A stretch of DNA of 43,187 bases, taken from NCBI GenBank assembly GCA_002633005.1, contig NMRA01000176.1, positions 273,753 to 316,939 on the forward strand. The letters run 5' to 3'. Below the pieces are notes generated by a model. It saw nothing but the letters and a program-made list of their open reading frames with translations. It was not told the origin of the DNA and made no database searches. Both the position numbers and the translations under genes were made by a program. The DNA is from Phoronis australis. Taxonomy: Eukaryota; Animalia; Phoronida. Shown in pieces: positions 18,901 to 28,655 of this stretch; the first letter of the stretch is position 1, and each line of letters opens with the position of its first letter.

Positions 18901-21900
18901 TTCACATGAGAGAAGAACACCAATTCAGGGTTTTGTAAACTAAGTAATCGCAGACATACCGATCGACACGAGAACAAGTTGTCCAAAGACAATTCTGGTG
19001 TCACATCTGAGGTGAGCCTCATTGACGGTAATCTCCGAAACCTTGCGGACCGTGGAAAGCTCGCCTCTGAAGTGTGCAGCACCCGTGTTTCTGCAGGAAT
19101 TTTCTCGTTGTTCTGAAAGTGTCCAGAGCTGGCAAGTAAAGACGGTATGCTGCGTGCGTGTTCATATTCCAGTACGACGTACTCCTGAAAGTAGCACCAT
19201 TTCATAAAGATCTCGTCAGTTACTGTAATAGCTACAACCTGGCTTCCATAAACACAATTTCTTTGATTTGGGTCCCTATCTGTTAAAAACTGGCAAAACG
19301 TGTTCCTTAAGTTTAGATTAAACGTGATCTGGGCCCATGACTACCAAAATTCACGATTCAAAAATCGACAAACCATGTAATATGCGTCGACAAGTACTTT
19401 TTTCAATTTCACGTGATGTGATTGGTCAATTTTGAATGTCCAGACTCAAGTAAAATCTGGAGGTCACAGATACTGGTTGTGAGATATATTTTCTTTATTA
19501 ATTTGACACCAGGCTCAACAAGTTGGCTCAATGAGTTGATTTGACACCGCAAGTCATGTTATGCACCTATCTGTTACTGCCAACTGCCAAGCCCAGGAAT
19601 CACTTGTAATCTAAGCATTAAAGGAACAAATTGACATCAAATTTAAAATCATTGAGCTATGTCCTAAATGAAAAATCTCTGGTTTTTGTATTGTGTTCAT
19701 AGTAAGTGCATTTTTTGTTCATTGCTTGGTAACACAATTTACTTTTAAGTCATTTCTATATCCAATTCTGACTATTTGTTTCCTATCTCGAAAGTGTTCA
19801 TCTCAGTGCATTTGCAAACATAATTGACAATGAATAACATAACCTTACCTTTGCATGGGTAAAATGAATCATCTGATTGATTGTACCAAATCCACTGCAG
19901 TATTTATAAAGAGGTTCACACATTGATCTGTTGGGAACCTGTATGAGGATACTTCGCTTAGCCTGGGCTTTCCTCAGAGAAATAAATTTATCAAAGGACA
20001 GTGGTTGTTTACCAGCAGCTGAAAGAAAAAGAACATTAAACTAACGACTGATTATCCGCGTTCAACATTACGTTCAGATTATGACACCAATTACGGCATA
20101 TTTTTCCTCACAAATCACAGCAAAATTTAAAATCATGCACGTGTTAAGTTAAAGCAGGTCGTGGAGAACAGGGTAAAAGTGGAGACACGGGTCCTTCTTC
20201 AAAATGGTTACTGGAAACCAGTTTTCGCCGAATAACGGACATTGTCAATACTCATTGAAAACTGGTTCCCGGCAGCCATTTTCAGAGGGAACCGTTTACT
20301 CCACTTTTACGGAGAAAACTGTCACTGATTTACACTTGGAATGGAAGTAAACCATTCTGTACAAGCCTTATCATCCAACCAATTGAACAAACAAGAGCAA
20401 CGCGGAGCACTGAACTGCACCCACGAATGCACTGCAAACAGTGTGCTTCTAGGGTGTTTATTTGTATCACAAAAATGACCACTAGATAGTGCAAAATACT
20501 TTGAATCCATCAAAAAACAGGAAAATGTCACCGTTTTTTAACAGAAATCTATTTACCACATTTCATGAAAATCCGTCAAGAAACTTTAAATTTATTTAGC
20601 AAAACCGAAAAAATGAAATTGCCACTAGGGAACAAAGCATTCATTGGATCCGTCTGAAAGTTGTCATCTTCCGTTATCAACGTCACTAAATACAGTTGCT
20701 AAATTTAATAAACATTCTGCAGAGGGCTTAGGAGATACAGCCAAGGGCAAAAAGAAATGTCACTAGGAGGCGCCACAGTAACTGAAGCCGGAAAATCATA
20801 GTTAACCGTCCTCTTTACACTAACAATACATAAGCCAATATTCACAATCATCCTAAGAGTGGTTTGGTTGACAGAGGGCGTACGCCAAAAACAGAGTAGA
20901 AAACAGTAAAAATAGCCAATAGATGGAGCAAAATATGTCGAATCTGTCTGAAAACTTGACAATGTCACCGTTCTTTAAAAGAAAGCTATTTAACAAATTT
21001 CATGAAAATTCGTCAAGGAACTTCATCAGAGAAACAGAGGAAAACAGAAAAAAAACGCAATTGGCAATAGGGGGCAGTTTAAGTCGGACCCGTCTGAAAG
21101 CTGTCGTCTTCTGTTGTTAACTTCATATAAATACATGAGCTAAATTTAATAAAAATCCTTCCTGGGCGCAAACCAAAAACAAAACTGTAACCAGGAGGTG
21201 CCACAGTAGTTCAAGTCATCGGAAAAACATTGTCAATTGTCCTCTTTTTGTAAGAACATATATGCCAGTTTTCACAATTATCATCCTTAGAGTGATGTGG
21301 TAGATGGAGGGACGGACTTGAAAACAGTAAAAATGGCCACTAGCTGGCGCAAAATACAACGAATCCATCCCAAAACAGCAGGATAGCGTCACCTCATTAA
21401 TAGATGTCTATGTGCCAAATTTTATAGAAATCTATCGATGACCTTTGAAGATACAGACTAGGTAAACGTAAAAAAACTAAAATTGCCACTGGGGGGCTAA
21501 CCTGTGGTCCAATCTGTCCGAAAGTCGTCAACATCATATAAACACATTTGCTGCTTTTAATAAAGATCCTGTGGAGTGTTTAGGAGATAAAGCCATAGGC
21601 GCAAAAACAAACAAAACTACCGCTTGGAGGCGCCACAGTAGTCAAAGTCGTCGGAAAATCATCGTCAACTGTCTTCCTCATAGTAACACATTTATGCCAA
21701 TTTTCACAATCATCCTTAGAGTGGTTTGGTTGACAGGGCGGACGACAAAAACGGACTGGAAAATACACCAAACTGACAAACATATTGGCAACACACAATG
21801 TAACAAAACTAGGTGTAAAATGTGTAACTTCATCAACGATAGCACTTTTTTCCAGTCTTCCCAAACCAATGAAAACTTTGAAATAAAACATTATTCTGAT

Positions 21901-24900
21901 TGCACCAAGAACAATATTATTTACCTTATAACTTGTAAAAAATGTTCTATCCAATACGTAGGACAAACTCAACATAATCTACAAACTCGGTTTCGTAATC
22001 ATAGATTTAACATAATACATAAAAACATTTCTGATACTATAGGTAATCATTTCAATTCCAAAAACCATAATATTCAAGATCTTTCTGTACAAATAATAGA
22101 AAAACTCCAACACCCCAGTACCTCTCACAGACTTAAAAGAGAACAATATTGGATAGACAAACTTAATACAATAGAACCCCATGGATTGAACATAAAAACT
22201 TCTTAAAATATGTCATTGAACTTTTTACGCAAAAATGTATCATTTTCATTACACCATATCTTATATGTCAATTGTCATTTTGTGTTTGATTTTACTTTAT
22301 TTCTGTTTTTGTTGATAAAGGAAGTTGTTACATCCGAAAATTTCAAATTTCAGTTGATCCATTCTTGTTGTTTTATTTACCGATTTATATTCTTCATTTC
22401 ATGAAACAATAGTATCCTTGGGAGGATCTGGATCGCCTTATTTAGTTTCAGATATATTTTCTACGTTAGAAATCTTGAAAATTTCCGGTCTATACTATTA
22501 TTGCTGTCTCTACAAGTATTCGGAACTCGAGAGTAACATGGTTTCAAATGATAGATCTCGACCTGCCATTTGCATTACATTTTAAATTTTTGAAATCCGT
22601 TGGATGGTTCTGGAGTTATTTAAAATTTAGACCCTAAAAAATAGGTCTTTTTTTCATCAAACAAATCCTCAAAAATTTCAAGGCAAATTTGTTGGCATGT
22701 TTAAAGATCTGTAGTTGAAACACTTTGGCCCACTGTTGGTCTAAAACAAGATGACAAATTCTTTCCATACAGGTTAACAACATAAAATAAAAACCCTTTC
22801 ATGAAATGTCGTATTTAGCAAGTGAGGGAATAATTCAAATATCGAAATTCATTGTGGACTTGTCACAGAGTACCTTTGAACCCAGAACAAAACTTGACGA
22901 AGGATAATTTAAAATCTGAAATCACGATGTCTTTGAAAACATCAGAACAATCAGGAATTGGTTATGGTTAACAGAAAATTCATTTAGGTTTTAATACTTT
23001 TTAAGAGAAATTGCTAAAAAATGAATTTTGATTGCAAATACATGCAAAAAGTGCCAAAACATGAAAATTATGACATTTCAAAGATTTTCGTCATTAATTA
23101 GAATACCGATTATTATATTTGAAATATTCTTTTTTCCTATGTCCTATCCATGCTTCTGTAATCATAAACTATACAACATACTAAAAAATGGAAGTACAAA
23201 TTTTTTAATTTTAACGGAACCCTTTAACTTTATATAATTTCAAATCGATTATATACAACATGAAGAATATCCTGATGGAAACTTTTTGTAGTAAGGAACA
23301 TCGAAAAGGTCAACTTAAATTTCGAAAAGAAATTTAACATACTGCCAACTTGATTTCGCTGTGATTTAAAGGATCTAATTTTAAAAATTGAACTGCTTGC
23401 GTCACCACTAGGCGAGACAGTGTTAAATTGAACATATTGTGATAAAATGTTAAAAACTTAGTCCAATCCTCAATTTTGACCACAAACTTAATTTCAGAAA
23501 TATTAAGTACTATTTTAAGCAACTTTGTCTGACCCAAATTCTATTTCTTGTATTTCATGGAAATTATCGACAGGTTGCTCAAGCTACAATTGACCAATCA
23601 CGTTCCAGATAAGCTTGAACTTTGACGGGGTCAACATGGATTTTTAATTTGATTGCACCAGTCCTGCGTTTTTGGATGTGTTCCTGTATGGACCATGTTT
23701 TATCAAGTGATTAAGTTTAATTGAAATGGGTTAGGATAAGATTTATAATGATGACACTGAGTGTACGCAGCCAAGTCATTTTTTGAAATTCATCCTGGTA
23801 CGGGAATTGGGGATAGTTAGGCCTATAAAAGATCTTTAACCCAGCCGCAGAGCGTCTAAAGCCGCGCACCGTACCAGTGACTGCTGGCAACTCATCGGAG
23901 ACTCAACTTTAACATCCTTCGCCGCAGAGATAACAACTCTTGGGCTGTCTCCGGTGAGTAAATTCTTTGTTGAATGATGTTTAGGTAAATTAAAAAAAAT
24001 TCAGGTCAGAAACTTCAGAGGTGGTAAAGTGTAAAAATTTTCTATTATTTTTATCATAAATTGACACAAAAATGAAAAGGGTTGAATGCAGGAACTTCTA
24101 ACGAATCATTTGATATCAAAATCATGGCAATGGGTTCATAAACGGCCATTCAGCAGCAAAAAGTCCGACCCCCCAACTTGAAGACACAAAAATTTAGCGG
24201 TGACGTGGCTCGATGCTATTAAAATCGCCAGGTCACATTTTGTGACTTACCCAAAGTCCAGCTCTAATTCATAAATGCCAGGTCGCAAAAATTTCCCGCC
24301 ACTTTTACACGCTAAAATTGATTTTTTTAGGTCATCCAGAAAATGTTTAGATAATGCTCTTACCTGCAGCGTTAAATACTCACAAATTTCAGATCGCAAA
24401 ATTGTCTTCGTTCATGCAGGTACTGCATTACTGTTCTTCACGACCATCATTGCAAGACTATAGAGCGCAATGCAAGTTGCCGACGTGAAAGTTGAATCAG
24501 TGCTATCTAACTGACACGTGCATTCGAGTAGCTAAGTTTGTGATGTGAAAAGGGAGAATATGTCGTTGAAAGTATCCGAGATGTTGCTAGGTCTGATCTG
24601 CTACTGGCTGTTATCAAAGTCGTTAAAGATTCAAAGTTACCCGGAGTGCAAATTCCCTCCACTTTTTGCTCGCAGCCCAAATATTGCAACTTAACTCGAC
24701 GTTTGAAAAACATCTGTGAAAAACAAACCATGGAACGATGTCCTAACCGAATGACCTATTTGGATGTGTGGGAACAATTCAGCGCAATTTCACAACAAAA
24801 ATGTGGTACTTATGCTCTTTACGTACTCAACAATTAGTTTACCATGAAATGAATAGCCTAAAAATAATTCCGTGCGGGTTGCAAGTTTGCTCCTCAATAC

Positions 24901-27900
24901 CTTCCAAATACGGGAAAAATAGGACAGTCACAAAATGACACGCATGTCACTAGTGTTAACTTTCTTTCGTAGGTATAAAACAAAGTCGGGATTTGGTTTT
25001 TACATATTGAGAAAAGAAGATTTTTGAAAACTGACTTTGTTGTGTAAAATGAGAGTGACACACCATATAGGCTGAATGTCAATTTTAAACCATGCGCGGT
25101 CGTTTGTAGTGCGCTATGATGGGCGCTAGCCTGAAATGTCCTTCTCTCATGAAGAGAAGAATAAAAATTTCGCTAACCACAATTTCGCATCTAGTACCCG
25201 TTTAGTTACAATAGCTGGCTACGGGCATAGAATATAGGGTTTAGGGAAAATCGACCTCGGGAAACATCGGAACAGGAAAATATGAGTTCTGGGTTATATC
25301 GGTCCCGGAGAATATCGTAAAGCATCGGGTCTTTTATAACCGCTGGAAATCTATGAGTTCATTTCCAAATAAACCACTGGCACCAGGGTGCTGAACAGAG
25401 CCAAGCCGGTATACTCTTTCATTGAGGACTGTCGCTGTTCTCTTTTGATGTGCAGCTTTGAAGTGGTGCGCATGCATGAGTTCACATACTTGAATCACCG
25501 GAGTAGGCAACAACGTGTGAAAGACAAATCATATTTCGCGCACATAGCCCCAGAAACAAGTAAAGGGGTTTGTGAATTTCTTGACAACTGAGAGTAAAGA
25601 CGTGGCCGTCATTTGGCGATTAATTGGGTTGTCATTTTCACTTTGGCTGTCTTATGCGATAAAAACAAGACGCACATCTCTAAGTCACGCTTGTCTACCG
25701 GGACCACTTGCGTGTTACAACAGGAACGACCAGTGCCGCAGTGCGATATCGGGGATATTGTCGTGGATATTTGGTACGTAATAAAGACGTCTCACACGAC
25801 AAATAAAAATATTTGTCCACCACAAAGTCTGGCAAGTTGATCACTTAAGAATTAGTAGAAACACCGTTTTGTGACGTATCATGTGTTATGCAGTGGCCCA
25901 AAACTTTCTTCGGCGAATCCGCAAATTTGCAAAAGTGGCAGATGTTTTAGCCAATCAAACGCGTCAAAGATCGATTCTGCATATCCCATGTTGGTCAGTT
26001 GTTAAGCATCATAGTAACGACCGGAGAATGGGCCAGCCAGGCTGTTTTTCATGACTATGGCCCCCCTCCCCCCTAAAATTGTATCAGATCCCATTTTTGA
26101 GTTCGGGTGCGAATTGCCGACTAGCACACGTGCGCAACCAGGGCGGGTCTTGGGGGGTGAATAAACAACGCAGAGGCGCTGAATGAACCCCGTTTACCGT
26201 TTTTTTTAGTCAACAGGTCCGCAAACCCAAGAATTCAAGACCCCTGCATCCCCAAAGTTTAGGCTGGGCGCGCACATCTGCCGAAATGCTGCTTATTCCT
26301 GTGCCCTTCCCCCCCCCTAACTGAAAAACCTGGATCCGCCCCTGCTACAGGTTGAAACATTATAATTTTTCTTTCCAAAAAGGACAGGGTCCTCAATCCC
26401 TCAAATTTGGGGCCCAATATCGGCCCTATTCCCCTCTTAAACATATTGAAATATCACGCGAAATTCCCCCCACGAGGCATAAAAATTCCCCTAGTGAAAA
26501 ATCTCTCTGAGTTCACATCACCTGACAGGTTGTAACCACACATGTGACAATTTTTAAGAGCACAAAAGGCTACTTTAAATTGAGGCAGAGCCTATGAGAG
26601 CTTGCAACAGGGCAGGGGTGCTATTGCAGGGTGATCGGGAGGTTTGTTCCCGCCCTCACTGGGCGAAAAAATTGCCTCACTAGGCACTGGCACCATTCCC
26701 CTCGGATGAAAGAGGCTCCTGCAGAAACATGATAACTATGATTGCATTGTCCAGTTAACTGAAATTGAGTTCTAAAACGATGTTATGTTTTGGACGAACG
26801 AATTAGGTGTTTTCAACTTGATCCAGATTGATATTTGAAATCTAACACATGAAATAGACGTAAGAATTATTACAACCAAGAAAGCATTGATGGTCAAATA
26901 ATTTTAATTTCAATTACAAGCCTGGTTTTTTATTTAATAAAAATATATTTAATAACATCAATTAATCTTTCAGACCAATGACAAATCAACTGTTAGTCCC
27001 AGTGAGTGCATAGGATCAGGCTATGCCTGATGTTAATATTCTTGATCAACAAATTAAACCAGATGTGACTAATTGCACATGACAGACACCACTGTCGAAT
27101 ATGTCTCCAACTCGTCAACAATACGAGCAGATGACCTGGTCCGCGTAGAAAGTATTTTGAACAACAATTTACAAGAAAAAACGTAACCCTGCATTCAGCA
27201 TAATATCTAATCCGTAACTCTATGATCGCCGAAATTTGGTCATATTTACTTTTCATGTTTCGAACCTAGTTTTCCGAAAAAATTAAACCCTTTCGTCAGA
27301 CAACTCTTTGGCGCCTTAACTTGTTCTCTAATGTAATTTTCTATGTCTCTGTGGTTAATTGTCGACAAATCATTAAAATTTAATGTCCAGGTTGGACTTG
27401 AAAGACCGGCTATTTAACTCACGCAATGTCTACTTTCGTTTTGTTTATTGCAGTGAGCCTCGCTTTGGATCTTAATGGCCGCCGCGTGAATAGGGTCTAT
27501 GTTCCCACAACTTGCCATGGGAGGGCTGTTATCGGTTAGTGTTCTTTTGAATTTGGATTTGGCAACAACCAAATATCAGTCGGGTTAACAAGAGTTGCTT
27601 AAAAATATATTTGCCAGGTATCTGTCGAGAAGTGTAAAAAGTCAGCTCGCATTCGTAAGAAATTCCTTTGCCACTTCATACGAGCTGACAAAAATCTCAG
27701 CTCACATTTTCAAATTTCAGGTTGCAAATGCGAGCTGCAGCTCGTTATGTTGAACCCTGTGTGAGCGAAAAATTTGCAAAGTGCTTGCATTATTCATCAT
27801 CGCCCCAATTTGTTTTAATGGATATTAATAGAATGGGGAAAGTTCAAATATTTTGCTGGCGCACTTTACATTTTATGTCATTTAGTATCCTTACACTTAC

Positions 27901-28248
27901 AGATATGACCTTGTGAAAATCATGAAAAATGGCAAAATTTCGCTCTTGCTGAATTTCCGCCATATTGATATGCTGACCCTACCAAGGGACTTAGGAGATA
28001 CAGTCCGTACGCCCAGAGATGACGGCAATATGCACCCACCTCTTTATGCGCCCACATATTTATATGTGGGCGCATAAAGAGCAAAAGCCAAACATGCTTA
28101 TTGCTAAGCAATAAGTCATGAAATGAATGCCGGATGACTTACATTTTTGAACTAGGCCCACAGATTTTCTTAAGTTGGCTGTTGAATATTCACAAATTAA
28201 ATTATTTCTAAGGTTGCCGCTTAATGATTTGCGCAGCAACTTCGACAT
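12604..28248 (-). CDS. MTPAP: Mitochondrial poly(A) polymerase, complete spliced CDS (531 aa)
   Basis: complement(join(12604-12953,13374-13466,14349-14575,15673-15887,17366-17575,18960-19184,19849-20018,28143-28248)), 1596 nt, phases consistent. Basic presequence-like N-terminus, RRM-like region, PFGSSVNGFGKHGCDLD, ARVPILKF...CDL, LRPLVFTVRHWA...PGPWISNFML, and PAP-associated IENPLEPNLNISKN. Confidence 0.93.
13374..13466 (-). CDS. MTPAP: MTPAP exon 7
   Basis: tttcag acceptor, gtaagg donor, phase 1 to 1; ITEKRLIDSVDCSFVKDVSKLPASRNETSL. Confidence 0.9.
14349..14575 (-). CDS. MTPAP: MTPAP exon 6
   Basis: ttttcag acceptor, gtactt donor; MSELLYLFGEYDNRLRPLVFTVRHWA...PAVLPT. Confidence 0.95.
15673..15887 (-). 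CDS. MTPAP: MTPAP exon 5 (third catalytic Asp)
   Basis: cctag acceptor (an in-frame cag 6 nt further in is an alternative), gtaaga donor; ...IPRARVPILKFMHEASNIECDLCMTNR. Confidence 0.93.
17366..17575 (-). CDS. MTPAP: MTPAP exon 4 (GS motif and DxD catalytic residues)
   Basis: cttcag acceptor, gtgagt donor; ISEQ...PFGSSVNGFGKHGCDLDMVL. Confidence 0.95.
18960..19184 (-). CDS. MTPAP: MTPAP exon 3
   Basis: tttcag acceptor, gtatgt donor; EYVVLEY...LFSCRS. Confidence 0.9.
19849..20018 (-). CDS. MTPAP: MTPAP exon 2 (RRM-like region, first half)
   Basis: ttttctttcag acceptor, gtaagg donor; AGKQPLSFDKFISLRKAQAKRSILIQVPNRSMCEPLYKYCSGFGTINQMIHFTHAK. Confidence 0.9.
20173..20310. repeat. Imperfect foldback inverted repeat (~54-bp arms)
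   Basis: gtaaaagtggag...ggaaaccagttttc paired with gaaaactggttccc...ctccacttttac. Confidence 0.8.
20480..21769 (+). repeat. Degenerate tandem-repeat array of a dispersed (HINE/DINE-like) family
   Basis: Recurring ccactag.(g)ggcgc and aaatttcatgaaaatcc motifs at ~140-150-bp spacing; related to 8590-9020, 30830-31515 and 41828-42460. Confidence 0.65.
21770..22400 (+). mobile_element. 5'-truncated Penelope-like retroelement (GIY-YIG endonuclease to stop 22206, then 3' pLTR-like tail)
   Basis: C-x4-C-x2-C linker, NIIYLITCKKC..YVGQT...RFRNH, HF...H, REQYWI..LNT..P.GLN, typical of Penelope-like element endonucleases. Confidence 0.88.
22303..22353 (+). ncRNA. Candidate minimal type I hammerhead ribozyme (U3-A8 core variant)
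   Basis: TTGATAA(A), stem II GGA..TCC, GAAA, palindromic AATT, then T; stem I TTTG/CAAA plus CTG/CAG; lies ~100 bp after the GIY-YIG stop. Confidence 0.5.
26351..27424 (-). repeat. Dispersed repeat, inverted homologue of 369-1920, in MTPAP intron 1
   Basis: Reverse-complement similarity; lacks the two MITE insertions seen in the other copy. Confidence 0.85.
28143..28248 (-). CDS. MTPAP: MTPAP exon 1, putative mitochondrial targeting peptide
   Basis: MSKLLRKSLSGNLRNNLICEYSTANLRKSVGLVQK is K/R/S/L-rich with one acidic residue; consensus donor gtaagt in phase 1 matches exon 2. Confidence 0.75.
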
Positions 28249-28615
28249 GATCAGATGATCAATGAACTGATGTTCACTTCAATCACTTGTTCTTATACGT
28301 CTCACGATCAATGTGTGCCTATGGAGGCCGCCATTTGTTATCACGGGCAAACTTGACAAAGTTACGTTTTATTTAAACGCAAATTTTGAATATCAAAGTT
28401 TAACAATGTCTACAGAAAGTATATATTTTCAAATTGAAACTTAATATTTAATTTTTTGTGTTTTTTTTCTCTATACAGATTGGAAACCTAGAATAATTAT
28501 ATTTTGATTGAAAACGTAAGTTGGAGCGTGGTTATCATATGGCAGGCTATGTTGAGAAGACGAAAAGTGTGCGCTGGCAAACCCCGAGATTTTGCAAACT
28601 TTCAAGGTTGCAGAA
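28249..28615. promoter_or_regulatory. Putative bidirectional promoter / 5' UTR region of MTPAP and TUT1
   Basis: 367 bp between divergent ATGs; YY1-like GCCGCCATTTG at 28327-28337; AT-rich centre. Confidence 0.7.
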
Positions 28616-28655
28616 ATGCCGCTTTGTGAGCTGTGTCAAGTAGACGTTCCACGTG
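28616..28655 (+). CDS. TUT1: TUT1 coding exon 1 ([13 protein letters not shown], CxxC half of the zinc finger)
   Basis: Phase-1 donor gtttgt at 28656 joins exon 2 to complete C-x2-C-x11-H-x5-H; a weaker phase-1 donor lies 3 nt upstream. Confidence 0.78.

Noticed and set aside
24364-24450. Alternative MTPAP exon 1 ending at donors near 24364 or 24384
   Set aside because: The required phase-1 frames hit TGA within ten codons and have no ATG.
25529-25612. MTATSLLSVVKKF... as an MTPAP presequence
   Set aside because: Stops after 27 codons with no convincing phase-1 donor.
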